DNA from: Paraspadella gotoi | Lineage: Eukaryota > Animalia > Chaetognatha | NCBI GenBank assembly: GCA_051294375.1 | Contig: CM119266.1 | Span: forward strand, 5,013,770-5,077,769 | Length of the DNA: 64,000 nt | Reading direction: 5' to 3' | Part shown: one piece after another, positions 12,501 to 26,889 of the stretch | Layout: the number at the start of each line of letters is the position of its first letter | Position numbering within the stretch: position 1 is the stretch's first letter | Program-made: the position numbers and the translations under genes | The notes under the pieces: generated by a model | The model's input: the letters and a program-made list of their open reading frames with translations, nothing else | Databases searched by the model: none | Told to the model about the DNA's origin: nothing

Positions 12501-14560
12501 CCAGTTTACAGAATTATCCTCAGGGGGCGGGATTAGAATTACGGTATTTATTTACGTTAAACAGTGGGAGTAAATGTTCTTATAATGTCATCGCATGCAA
12601 GATTCTTAACTGTGCAATTCGCAGTTGAGATTATGGTGAAAATTGTTCTCCTCACAATGACATTAAAAATGTTCACTAATTATTAAAAAGTCGCAAAAAA
12701 ACTTTTTAAAATTCATTCAAAGCCTTTTAATTTCCGTAGCTATTAAAACTTTTTTCCTGATTTTGGGGCCATTGAGTACTGGTATCAATTAACAAAGAAA
12801 AACCAAACGAAGACGAAAACATCTCCTCAACAAAAGAATCGGGCCACGCCCACCTCGATGCCGCTGACGGCGACGAGCATCGAGACGATCTGTTGTCGGC
12901 CGCATTCGACGGCCAAGTGGAGGGGAGTTTGCTGCTTGGAGTTTTTTGGGTTGACGTTGATGAAGGGGTAGTTGACGAGGAGTTGGGTGATGCCCACGTG
13001 ACCTTTTTTTTCGGATGAGAGGGGGCGGAAAAATGGGAAGATTTCGGTTTCACTCAATGATTTGCGTCTTGTCTTGTCTTAAGAAATGCTGCATAACTAA
13101 TAAACTGGTGTTTAATGTTAATGATTTAGAAACGAAATAATATTTCATATTAATATTTATGAAATTATGGCAACAGCCGGGTTGCCTGTGATGCCCATTG
13201 GGATGGGGCATCTCACTGTTGGCTTTGGGGGCTTCCGACCCTCAGTGACGCCTCCAGTCACTGGCGCGGTTACCCTAGGACGGTCTCGCTTTGCCAACGC
13301 AAAGGGAAGTCGTTAGGACTTTGAATGGAACACTACGCCTGGGATGGTGTGTTCCCCCTTTGAGCCAATGGATTTTGGCTGAAGGATGATGGACGTGAGG
13401 CGGTGTGAATATACCGCCACAAAATCACCTTATTCACATTAATTTACCGTGAAAGACTGCGAGGTGAAGGGGCGTGTCCTGACTTGAGTTTTTTATGTTG
13501 ACATCCGTTTGACGCAGACTGAGGACGAAGTCGACCATGGCGGAGTTTCCCGTCACCACGGCCGTGTGGAGCGGAGCCTCGTTTTGAGAATTGGCCAGAT
13601 TGACGTCCGCGTTGGCCATTGCCAGATCGAAGGCAAAGTCCTGCAAGGGTTTTGTTGTTGTAGTAGTTAGTAGAATAAGGGAGTTAATAAATTGTGTGAA
13701 AGTATACTGATAGGCTGTCCAAAGTCAGGTGCAAGATACCTCAAGGGTTGTATAAATGGTTAATTTGTTAATGGTTGTAGCAATTTCAAATATAGGCAAT
13801 AAGAATCATTACTGAATCATTGAAGTCTCACCTGCAATCCCCTGTGCACAGCCATGTGAAAAGCGGTTTGATTGCAGTCGAAGCCTGAGGTTTTCTTGTC
13901 CACTTGAACGCCGGGATGTTTGAGGAGGAGTTGGAGGATCTCTTTGGTGGAGAGGCCCGTCAAGTTGAGGGAGGAGGTGGAGGCGCTGAATCCTGGAGAG
14001 ACGACAGCGATCGTTATTGTCAGCGATTATGTTAAACTGTTCCCCCCCTAGATTCCAATTTACCAGTTGGGAACGGGGCATGCAAGACCGAGGCGTGTAA
14101 TGCGCTGTATCCCGTCAAAGGGTTGTTGGTCAGAATTTCTCTGTTGATGTCGCATTGCGATTTGCCGAGGATGGACGACACCATGTTCTTCTGTCCCAGC
14201 ATCACGGCTCTGGTGTCGGAAAATTTGTTTATTTAATTAAGTTTAATATTACTTCTTTTCCCCCTTATTATTATTGTTTGATTGTGATTTGATAAAAACA
14301 TTAGAAAAAAGCGACCAAAAAGCCAATGAAAAAAAACAAAAGGGACTCGCCGATAGAGGGCCGTGAATCCGGTGGCGTCGACATTGTCGATCGTTTTTGG
14401 CGACAGAATTTCGACCAACTCGTCGTCCTTCATGTCGACGGCCAGAGTGAGGAGCTGCTTCCCGTCGCGGGTGCGCATGTTGCGATCCGCGCCCGCGTCT
14501 AGGAGGCGCCGCACCTTGAAGGCGATTAGAGTAGAGAGATATCGATATCACTTTCGTTAA

Positions 14561-14604
<44 letters not shown>

Positions 14605-17600
14605 TTACTATAACTTTACCAAAACTTAATTCAGTTTCTTTGTTTCGCGCATGTAATTTTTTAACAATTACATTAAAATCGTTCATTATCTCTAAATCTC
14701 TTTCTTTACCAAGTGCCAAGTTCCATGTCTCCTTTAAAATCTAATTAATAACAAATCTCCCTCCAAAGCCATGCTTTACCATGTTCCATGTCATACAACA
14801 CTTCAATCGTTATAACTAACTTTTATTAACTTCATTGCACCTCGCACCAAACTAAGCATCCAATTCCTTACCAAGCATCCAATTCCTTACCAAGCATCCA
14901 ATTCCTTACCAAGCATCCAATTCCTTACCAAGCATCCAATTCCTTACCAAGCATCTAATTCCTTACCAAGCATCCAATTCCTTACCAAGCATCCAATTCC
15001 TTACCAAGTGCCATTTCCTTCTAGTGACGGCTGCGTAAAGCGGAAATTCTCCGTTGGCGTCTTTGGCGCTAGTGTCTGCGCCGGCCTCCAGGAGGCGCGT
15101 GATCAGCGCCACCTTGTTCTCGTAGGAGGCGTAGACGAGGAGGGTTCGGCCTTGGAGTCCGCCTACAGTGACGGCCTCGTCGAGGGCGCCGGGGTAGAGG
15201 GCTTGGGGGGGTGGGTGGACGTTGCGAAGATATGAAAGATGGAAACAAAAGGCAAAAAAGATAAAAAATAATTTAAAACAAATAAGACAAAGACAAAGAC
15301 AAAATAAAAACATTAAATCAAAATACCAATATCGATTCTTTTGGCCATAATCTTTGATCTCCTTTGGTTTTATTGAATATTTTTTATGTAGTTTTCTAGT
15401 AAATACTAGTTGACAACTTTTCAAGCTTTCAAGTACAATTACAGCAAACTGATTGATCGTGTAGCTTGTCTCGCTTGTCTCCTTCATTGGTACTATCATT
15501 GAAGAACCAATTTCTCTAAAAAATCCTCTATATTTCTGCCCCCTGGTTTCGTCTCCCCCTTTTTTCATTCAAACAACTTTAAAAAACCGCCTTTAAAAGG
15601 TAATAATGTCAGGAGCTTGTATTCTCTCTTTTTTATGTACAACTTTTTTTTTTTCAAATGAAAATCGATTTTTACCCCCTTCTCGGTTTTTCTGTTTATT
15701 CAAGTCGCCGTCTAGACTGAAACCTGAGAAAACTTTGGAAAAAATAATTGATTCGCTGCTTGTCTTTTTTTTTTTCTAGTTTATTCACTTTTAGGATATT
15801 TAAAAATAAATGTTTTGGAGTGTTATGACGGTGACCTTTGTGAAAAAGTTTTGTAAGATGACCTTGTACTTTAAAATTTACGTGAGGTTTGACTTTTAAT
15901 TCGGTTTTTTACTTTTTTTGATGTTCTTGTTAATTATAACTTGGTTATTCTTTCTTTGACTTTTCGAATTTACCTTCTACTAACTTTTACTATGGAATTG
16001 GCACAAACAACGTAAAATTATCCATTTATTAGCCTCCATCCCTCTTACAAGATTGACAGATTATGACCTTCAAGCAAGACTCAAACGATCTTGTTTATTA
16101 ACTTCCAGACTGCCTATCTTTCCCTTACCTTACTGTATTCGTTTATCTTAGGTGACAGAATTATTGTTATGAGTGAATGATGGAACCGTTCAATAAAAGC
16201 ACTTAAGCCGTCCCCTGAGCTTCGGATCAGGCGGTAACACCGTGTTACAGGCGGGTTAAGCGCCCCGTCCATCTTAACTGCTAGGCGGCCACCGGGCTAG
16301 AACCCCGGACCTTTAGATTGAGAGCCGAATGACTTGCATCCTGCACCAATAAACCTGATGACCGGTTGGTGGATCTGAGTCGACCATAATCTTCTATTCC
16401 CTTACTCTTCAATTACCTCTTATCGTTAGGCACCTCCCACACCCCCCCCCCCGCGAACCGGCATCCCCCCTTCTTGCACCTGCAATGGCCTGGATGGCGC
16501 CGTCCCTTCCGGCCAGCACCTGGCGCTGCAATCGGACCAGACGCGATCTGAATCTCCGTCTGGGGTCGTTGTCTCCACGAATCGGTCCTTGAAGGCAGTT
16601 GCCCATCTTGACTGAAAAGTCACCACGGAGAGAAGGGGTCGTAAAAGTGGGGAAAAAATGTTATTTAGTGGAATAAGAATTAAATTAAAAATTGATTTAA
16701 AAAAATTAATGACGAATATTCGTGGCCCTTGGACGGAAGATTAATTTAGAGAAATATTTCTTTTTGGTCAAATTTTATGTTTAGAGCTAAAAACCTTGTT
16801 TTACTTTTAGAAGATGTTAAATGTTAAATCAAAGTTATGAAATTTGAGTAAACATCTAAACTTGATGTAAATTTTGAGGCAAACGAAAAGTTTTCATTAG
16901 TATAAATTACAGAAATCGACTTATATCTTTACCCTAACCATTTATTACATTTGTGTTTTGTCTTAATCGACTTTGGCGCCAAAATAAATCGTCATTCATT
17001 CTGCTCTTTTGTTTTCTTCTCATCATTTGTTTTCCCTGTTCCTCTTTTGTTTTATTCTTATCATTTGTTTTCCCTGTTGCTCTTTTGTTTTCTTCTCTCC
17101 TATACCTGATTGCGTAGGCGACGTAAGCGCCCTTCGCGCCAAAATTTCAATAGGAATATCTTTGTCGTTCTCCTTGTCGGCCTCTTTGTCAGTCTCTTTG
17201 TCGGCCTCTTTGTCAGACCTTTTGTCAGTCTCTTTGTCGTTATTTTTGTCGACCTCGTTGCGCCGGCTGGATGCAGACTTATAAGACGCGGCGCTGCCGC
17301 CGCCGCTGATCCCGCCGACGCTGCCGACTCTGCCTTCTCCGCCGACGCCGCTCCGGCAGCTGCGGCTTGTCCGCCGCCCGAGAGAAGAAAGCGCCTTTGA
17401 CGCAATAGTGGCGAAGTAGAGTAGCGAAGGCTGGAGAATCTCGATGAAGCAACTGGAGCAAGGTTAGTAGAGCAGGGTTAGTGGAGTCTGTGAGCGGGGA
17501 TTTCTTTTTCCGTTCGGTCACTGTGTCATTTTTGTCAGTTTTTTAGGCAGATTGTCATCTTTGGACGAATTAAAACTAGAAAAAAGGTTTTTTCTTGTTT

Positions 17601-19535
17601 GTTGTCAATTTATAAATCCACGTTATTGCGTTATTTCTGCCCAAATTGTATTTGTTCACTTTTATTTATCGTAGTCCCTTTTTTGCTTTGGGTCCTTCGC
17701 TTCTTTTAAATCTAATTCTTATCGAAAATCTTTTTTTTCTTTTTATTTTTCTTTTTTTTCCCTTCTTTTCCCTTCTTTTTCTTTTATTTTCCTTTTATTT
17801 TCCTTCTTTTTCCATTTTTTTCTTCAGCGTCAATTTTGTCTTTTTTTGCTTCGATTTTCGATCTTTCGTTTCTTCCTCGAATTCGTCGCCATTTTGAATT
17901 TTTAAGACAAGATTTGTTATTTTGTTTAATTTTTAATAATATTTTTTTTATTTTTGAAGAAGCTTTAAATTATTTTTAAGAGTCCATTTATTTTAGGCAC
18001 ATAAGGACGATTGGCAGTGCGAACGGCGAGACATTGTGTATTGTTAAGGGGAGATCGAGAATGAAAAATATCGTAGATAAAGTTCGGAGAAGGGGATTTA
18101 ATAATTTATTTTTTAGCTGAAAAAAAAATAAAAGATATTATTATAAAAACTTTGAACTTAAGATTGGCTCATGTTTTTTACCACGGAACCGCAAAGATGA
18201 AACGAAAAACCATTTTACATTTTCCAAAAAAAAATGCCGGCAAAAAAAAGGCACATGGTAAAAGATGAAGGATGGAACCAAGAAAGATTTCGTGTTTGAA
18301 TGGATCTTAGATTGACTAGAGATAGAGAGAGAGAGAGAGAGGATACAAGGAAAAAAAATAAGTACAAAGTTCAAGTCCGGGTCTGAACCCGAATGGCCCG
18401 GCAGAGAGAGAGAGATACAGGACTGTTTGTAATAAGAAATATCATGAAGGGAGAAAGAAAGATGATTTTTTGTTTAAAATGTATATATTGAGTAAGATAT
18501 AGTACAATTATTTTTTAACATAAAGCATTTAATGGGTTCTTTTTGGGTTTTGTGGTTTTTCGAAATTAGAAAGTAAAAAAAATATTGAATTGATAATAAA
18601 TAATATAATATATTGAAAGCAATCTGCTGTGTTATTATCTAGTAAGAGGGATGCAAGTAAGTAAGAGTCAAGATAGCTTTGAATGAATGGATAATATTTG
18701 AAAAGGTTTTACTAATTTCATAAATAAGAAAAAGTAAAAGAAAATAAGTATATAGAAAAACAATAAAGTGTAAGAAAAAAAGATAAGACAAGAAAAGAAA
18801 ATAAAAAAGGAAAAGATCTTAGTCAGCAAATGTCATCAGAAAAAGAGAGAGAAAACGTCCAAGCTAAAAAGGTCAAGCGGAAATCAAGAGAGAGAGAGAG
18901 AGAAAGTTGCAAAGCACAAAACTTTTCAGTTATATTTATTACTAATAATATTACAAAGAATAATCTTTTGAGGAATTTTTATGCCGTCAGTTTTTTTTCC
19001 AGTCATTTGAGTTCGGTTCCAAAAATTTCAAAATGTTCTTTATTCCCATCTCTCTCTCTCTCCCCGGGGGGGGCGAGGGGGGGGTGACCTCAGTCTCCAA
19101 ATCCGCCAGAGGGAGGAAAATAACAAATCCAATAAATCGAGAAAACCAAAATGGGAACAAGAAAAAAAAACAAAATGGCTTTTTCTTTCTTTTTAATATG
19201 CGGATAAAAAAAAATAATTTAAAAAAAATAATAAAAGGGAAACGAGTTTTATAAAGAAAAAAATATTCTTTTTTTATTTGAGAAGATTAATCGTCTGGAT
19301 GATTAGAATTGTCGTTTGGCGCTTCTGTGACTTGGGGGGGGGGGAAGCTTTGGCAAGCTTTGGCGGAAAAGACATGTGTGGGAAGTTTCGCATAAAATAT
19401 AAGGAAGATGGGTATATGAAGTTAATGCTTAGCAATGAATATCCGGTCCATTGTAAAAATTTTGATATCCTATTTTTTTTGGTAATTGATCCCAGTTTTT
19501 CTTGATCACGTGACTTTCATCTCTTCAAGCCTCAG

Positions 19536-19573
<38 letters not shown>

Positions 19574-22500
19574 TATTTTCTCTTCCTTCATTTTCCGTAA
19601 TTTATTTTCTTTCACACCATCTCCCCTGTTTTTCCTCTTAACTTTTTTCTTTCTCAGTTTAATTTTCTTTTTGAATTCTCTCTCTTGTTCTTTCCTCCTT
19701 TTTCTTTTTCTTTCAATTTCTGTCCCTTTTTTTATCAACTTTTTTTTCCATTTTTAATCCCTTTTCCTCTTTTTATTTATTTTTCTTTTACCCCTCTATA
19801 ATTATTTTCACTTTGTCTATTTTCTCCTTTACCCTCAATATTCTCTTTTCCCTTTTAACGTCTATCCTCCCTTTTCTTCGTCTATTCTCCCTTTTCTTCG
19901 TCTATCCTCCCTTTACCTCCTCTATCCTTCCCTTTTCCCCCCTCTATCCTACCTTTTCCCTCTCTATCCTCCCCTTTCCCCTCCCTTTTCCTCATCTATT
20001 CTTCCATTTTCCCCCTCTATCCTTCCCTTTTTTCCCATTTTCCCTCTGGTTTCCTTTTCCCCGGGAGGTTTTTTTTTCTGCGTCCGGGATATTTTTTGTT
20101 GGACGAAAGGAAAAGGAAACTAAACTGTTTTTACTGAAGGAAGAGTTGAAGACTAAAAAAGAAAAAGTCCCGGAGGCGGAATGGATTCCGGATGTAGTTG
20201 GAATTAGTTTCGAACCCAATGTCAATTGATTTAGTTGAGAAACCGGGTAATATTAAATTGCGTTGTTTATTTTTTTAACGCGGACGTTATTACAATAGTA
20301 TTACACCCGGTTGGGGTTGTAATAAGTTTTGCGTCTAAATGTTTAAATAAGGTTTGGTGCCGAATTTTGATTTAATAACTATTACAACCGGATTTTTCCT
20401 AAATACGTTTTACATCACACTGTCATTTACATCTCATTTCCTCCGAAGTTTGGAATCGCTAATGAACTGGGGGGGGGAAGTAAATAGACTTTTCCATTAA
20501 ATACAAAATAGTTTGTCGAACAATCGCCTGTCCCGGTCCATCCGTCCATTCGTCCGTCTCTCCTTTCCAAAATCCATAGAAGATAAAATGATCAAACCGG
20601 AAAAGAGAGAATCCATATATTTTTACCCAAAAGAGGAAAAGTATAAAAGAAAAGAAAAGAAAACCCTTTTTTCTCTCCGTTTTCTTTGGTTCGCGTGTTC
20701 CGAAAGTCTCTATGGGATTCGTCCCGATGATCGTCTATGAGAAGCCAATAAATTCAAACGTGTCCTCCGGCCCCTCTTCCGAACCCCTTTTTTCTCTTGG
20801 CGTCCTCCTTCTACATCCCTCTCTCTCCGACCGCCCCCCTCTTCCCCCCCCTGTCTCAAGCCGGACGCGAGATGCTACGATTCGTGAAGGCTTTTCGCTT
20901 TTCCAGATGAAAACGAGGTTATTTTTATTTATTCCTGGCGATGGATTGAAACGTTAACCGTTAACCAACGTTGGGCTATCAGGGGAGGCGGTCTTATTTG
21001 ACGGTAATAGTTTAAAATAGGGTTTTATGAGAATAGTGGAATGGAGATTTGGAAAGGAACTAGCAGTCTTAAGCAGGAGCCAGTTAATTAGGCGTTATCA
21101 ATTTTGAAAAATGGAAACCAGTAATGACGTTTGATGAAGGCTTTATTTTTAAAACGGGCTTTCATCAGTTTGGGCTCTTTACATACAAGTGGATCTGCTA
21201 CGTACGTTTACATGTACGCAACATAGCATGTCTAAATTCAGTGACATGATAACGTTTACATGTACGCAACATAGCATGTCTAAATTCAGTGATGTTAGGT
21301 ATAGCATACGCAGGCGATCAAATCTTACCAGAATGAAAACGGATCGGAGGATCTGGTCGCCGCCAGAATTGAATCGCCGAACGCTGATTGGCTGAGTTGG
21401 AACCGGAAGCGACCAATCGGCTTGCAAGAACCATTGAACTGTCAAAATCACTCTTGCCTCTGATCCTCTCTCTCAGATATAATTAGACTAAGCTTTCCTT
21501 AGTGGAAGGATAAATACTATGGTTTTTCTTTGTTTGATAACAAAATGGAGAAATCTTCTTCTTTCATCTCGTCTTTCACGAAAATGAAAGAGGATTAGAT
21601 ATCAAAAACTTCCCTTTTTCCCAACGTGGGTATTTGTGATAAAGAAAGAGGTCAGGACCTTTAGGATTTTGAAAGGGAGGCAAAGGAAAGGATCATTTTT
21701 GGGGGAGGGGCAACAAAGAAAAGGGGAAGAAGAAGAGTTTTGAAATGTAGGGACACGTTTTAAATAAATGTAATTTCAAAATGGGGAAGATGGTGTTCAA
21801 AAAGTTTTATTTTTTTAAAAAATATTTCGACTTCAAAAAGGAAGGATTTGTTTAAATATTTATAACAAAATGGTTTTTTACGCTATTCGCACTGGCTTTT
21901 CCATTTTGAATTTACATTTGTTCATAAAAATACTTTGCGTCTGTCATAACGTTGTAGGACGTAGGGTCCTTTCAAGACGAGGATGAAAGAAAGACATAAG
22001 ATAGGTCATTTTTAACGTGGCCTTTATGAGGAAAAGACTTTCAAAAGGAACGAACTTTCAGTGAGAAGAACGAAGGAGAAGAACGAAGGAGAAGAACGAA
22101 GGAGAAGAACGAAGCAGACGGAAAGAGATTTTTCTGGCGTCGAACGAACAAAAGGGAATCGAAGTCGAAAGAAGATTGAAATAGATTTTGAACTTGAGGA
22201 TCGAGAGATCGAGTTAACGACTTTAAGGAGGCGAAAGAAGAGAGGAGGAGTATTAAATGTCATCACCTCTGCATAATGCTCAATGCTTAAACTGTGAATA
22301 CTATGGCATACTATGAAAAACACGGGGACCGGGGGGTATCTCACCAACCAACTCAAAGCTTCGGGATCCTCAGTGACCGAATCTTGACTGTTTCGAGCCA
22401 AAGCCGGGGCACATCAGACATACCGTCACAATTCGTTAATCAATACCTAGTTTTCCGTTTGTCCAAAAATTCGTTTTGACTTTTGAGAGGCAAAGATCAA

Positions 22501-24883
22501 TAAAAACATGCGAAAAAAAATACGTTGATTAATGATTAATTAATGATTAATTAATGATTATCGTTGTTTCGATGAATTTTTACTTTTATTATTTTTTTTT
22601 GTTTTGACTTATATTCCAAAATCAAATTAATTTTTCGTGCTTCCCCCCCCCCCCGAGTTGTTTAATTAACAGGGAGACTCGGAAAAAAATCAAGCTAGTT
22701 CTCTTTCCGGTTAAATCGACCCGATATTTATTACCGAAAGGAAAAGATAAGTTTTTTTTAACTGATGTGTCGGTTTGTTTGTCTGTTAAAGCGTAGTAAA
22801 AATTTTAAATTTAACTTTAATTAAAAGTGAGTATCTAAAAATATTATAATAATGAACATTTATGTATAAAAAAATTGTATTATTTATTTTACAATTTACG
22901 CAGTAGGCCATATTTATACATAGTACTAATCTAATAAATGTTAAAATTTCAAAATAGTTTTTTTTTTTGCAGATTTATATCAGAAAAAACTATATTTTAA
23001 ACTGAAAATTTAAATTTTATATGTTAAATATAGTTTTTTAATTTTCAACCCACTTAATGAAAGAATTTTTAAAAATGATTTAAAAACTATTTTATAAGGA
23101 TACTACTATATATAAATATAGCCTACTGCAAAAATTAAAAAACGTAAAATTAATTTTTGTTTACAAATTAATGTTCATTGATGGTATGTTGTTCATAATT
23201 GACTTTTAGAATTTTCGTACGTAACTTTCACTACGCTCTAATGTCTGTATATCTGAGATTTATGCTAATTTTCATGGGATCTATTTTTTCTTCTTCCGAG
23301 TTTGCCAATTTGCAAAGTTTTGTCAGACAAGGTATTATTAATTCCATAAAAGCGGCGAGGCTTTAAAAATACCTTGCCCTTCCCATTAAATTGTGGATCA
23401 AAGAAACAACTTATAACCATTAACCATTATTAACCCAAAATCCGGATGCCCATATTTGGGCAGAAAAGAATCGATGGAAACCTCAGACTGGATTTCCTTC
23501 CAATAGAAGATTTCGTCTACTTAATTTCCGTCTTTTTTCTTTATTCCATCTGACCTTCGGTTTAATCTAAGATAAAATGACCAATTTAAATCGACTGTCG
23601 ATTTAAAACAAAAAACACATAGGAACAAAAGAGAAGAAATTCTGAATCTCTGTCCCTCCCAATTCTGGTCAAAAGATGGATGACGAATGATTTTTAAATT
23701 CGTTTCCGGGACGAAAATTATTAATTGAAAATTCGGAGGAAAAACAAGAAACTAATATATTATTCTTTTTCGGTCACTTTTTAACCTCAATGATATTTAG
23801 AGACATTTGTTGGCAGAAAGCACCGAGACAGGAATTTCTAAAATCATCATTAAACAAATTGAAATGGAGTAATCGTTTGTATTTTTTTAAACGAAACGCA
23901 AAAAAAAAATGTTATTACTAATTAAAAAGATTTAAATTTTTTTGGGGTTTGATAAAAATATGACTTGGTGTCCGCTAAGGAAGACACAAACCAGAAATAA
24001 ATCAAAAATAAAACGGCAAAACCAGAAAAATATTTGAATAACAGAGTTTGTAATAAACATTCTGGCAGACTTCAATATTTTCCAATCTCAGATGGACGCC
24101 CACTAGATCCAAAACCAATATTCATTGTCTCTTCCAACTCAAAACGACTCTGTTTCACATTTTTGAAATCGGTGATGCAGCTCAATAGACGCAAACAGAA
24201 TTCACGATCGGAAGTGGAAAAAAGAAAATGAGAAAACGTTTCGTGGTAGAAAACGATTCCGTTGTTGACAAAACAAAAGAAAAGTTAAGACGCGTTTCTT
24301 TTGATATATATATATATCTGTTTGCAATTGCGTTTCGAATTAAAACAGATGAAAAAGATGAAAACTTGATGTTTCATAATAAATACAATAGTGATTCCTG
24401 CCTTCAATTATATCAGCATGTAATTTCATATCTTCTTCAGTGGAAAACAGAATTAAGAATAGAAAATTTAAAAAAAACAATATTATTAAATAAATATATA
24501 CTTATAATTGGTATTTGTATATGAGAGAGTAAGAGAGAGAGCATCCTTGTTTTTGTGAAATTCTTTTTTTTTTTCTCAAATAAGATGATATTATGAAATT
24601 CATATCGGAATATTTTAGCAGAAATAAAATCGTTTTGCTTTTGCTCATATGTCCTCTTTTTAAAACATAAAATTATTTTGTACCAACTTTAACTTTGCTT
24701 GTTAAGACATTAAAACATTTAACTTTTAAGACGAAAATAATTTTCTTGCGCCTTTTTTCATTCGGTGTTGTTTTCCCGTCAACTGAATAGAATTCAAATA
24801 CGATGGGAGTTTTTTTTCATGGTGCTTATGGGTGACGTTCTTTGCCTGCGTTAGTGAAAAGCCAGTTATTTTGAGTGGTCGCG

Positions 24884-24946
<63 letters not shown>

Positions 24947-25117
24947 CTCTCTCCGTTGCGCGAACTCAGCTGCTTCTCAGTCTGACGCGCTTCCAGCGTT
25001 TTTTTTTCTTTTGCCACAACCGTCTGGGTTCCTCGCATCTCCGCTGCAGCGACTCGACGCTGCAGAAGCAGCGACTTGTGCAGCCATGGCAGTTTTTTTC
25101 CCCTTCCCCCTTTTACG

Positions 25118-25149
<32 letters not shown>

Positions 25150-26730
25150 CTAGGATCAACCAGGAGAGCCTTGGACCGTCTCCTCTCGCACCAATCACGT
25201 GCCACTAAAATGGGCGTTCCTCAATAGGGTTGACCCATAACATTTGACTTTGCCAAGCCAATGGCGTCCTTCTGCTCATATGAGGGAAATTCTCTTAACA
25301 AACTGATTCTTTGAACCCTGGTACAGACTGGTACGGGGCTACATGGCATTCTGAGAGGGAGAGAGGGATAGTTTTTTTTTTTATCATAAATAAACAATGA
25401 CAGATCAGCTATTTTGATTATGAATGATTTTATGAAGCCTCGGATATCTGAAGGACGCTTTGACGACCTTGAAATTTTTTAAGAGGCGTATTTTCGAACA
25501 TGAAAGGTTTAGATACGAGTGTCACGTGTGCTATGATTTTAATTACACGAGGTTTGGGAGGTGGATGAGAGAGCGTCTTTTTATGTCTACGTTTTTAGAT
25601 AAGAATGTGTAAGACATAGAATTAAAAGTTGATTATATTCAAATCAATCCAGGAGTACTTTGATCACTTTTACCTAAAATGTTGCATTAAGTATTCTTGC
25701 CAAATTTTTTTTCTTCAATGTATATTTTAATTTTTTTTTTTTAAATCTTAGTTCTTTACTTTTCATTCAACGTTTGTTTCTTTATTTATAATATAAAATA
25801 TATTTAAAAAAAAACATGTGGAACAAAACAAACGAAGCTTCGACGAATAGATTCAAAACTGCGCAATTTATTGATGAGTCGAATGTCACCAAACGTCGTC
25901 GTTTCATCCCCTTGTTCTTTTTTTTTTTCGAAAGAACTGCGTCGTTTTGAAATTAAACGTTCGAAAAATACAGAGGGCGTTTTTCGTCCGTTAATTGAAA
26001 TTCCTTTGAGTGGAGGAAAAAAGTATTAAAAAAAAATATATTGACGAAGAAAACGTGTAGAGATTTTTTAGGTTCGAAATTTGAGGTAGTTTTTTCTGGA
26101 AATTTCTTTGTTCTTTGTGCGGCTGATTTCACACGCAAACTTATAATTTGGAGAGAGAGAGATAGAGAGAGAGAGAGGGGAAGGAAAAAAGTCCTCTTAC
26201 CAGCTGATTCTGGTTCGATATAAAAACAGCATCCTGTATCGTTAAAGGCTAACTAGCATGAAATTTGGATGAAAGGTTGAACAGAGTAGAGAAGAGCGCA
26301 AAAGAGTGAAATGTCAATTTCATTCATGATTGTATTTGTAAAAAATAAACTGTCTTGCCTTGATTAATTCGTATATAAAACTAATTAAATTTATTTGATG
26401 AAAAACTGGAAATTTAAATTTTTAATTTATGACGGAATGACAGTGAGGTGGGTCTTTCATGGTGACAATTTGAAACAATGTTTTTGTTTTTAATTAATTT
26501 TCAAGTAGGATTATAAAGGGTCAGAATCGAAGATCTAAAGGGTCATAACAAGTCCCCTTTTCGGCGAACGCCTGACCATTTTTTACGAATCTTAAAAATA
26601 ATTAATCCTTTCGTGTTTAAGACTTTTGACTTTTAGGTGCATCCCAAATTAACTTTTCTTCTTCTTGAAAAATAAAATATTATTTTATATTTGAAATTTT
26701 TAATTAGTCGAATATATTTTGTGACCGAAG

Positions 26731-26771
<41 letters not shown>

Positions 26772-26846
26772 GCCATTGAAATTGAAATAAGTTTTGACGA
26801 TCTGTATTTAGGCGATCGGCCCGAAAATGTTATCATATCGAAACAC

Positions 26847-26889
<43 letters not shown>

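Noticed and set aside
14854-15005. CRISPR-like array
   Set aside because: Units are contiguous with no unique spacers, and the context is a eukaryotic intron.
16183-16390. tRNA gene
   Set aside because: Box A/B-like motifs are present but there is no clean cloverleaf, and it continues into a repeated unrelated body; treated as a SINE.
17830-17892. AAAATGGCG start on the minus strand ([10 protein letters not shown]...)
   Set aside because: Terminates after about 20 codons with no usable donor; at most a uORF.
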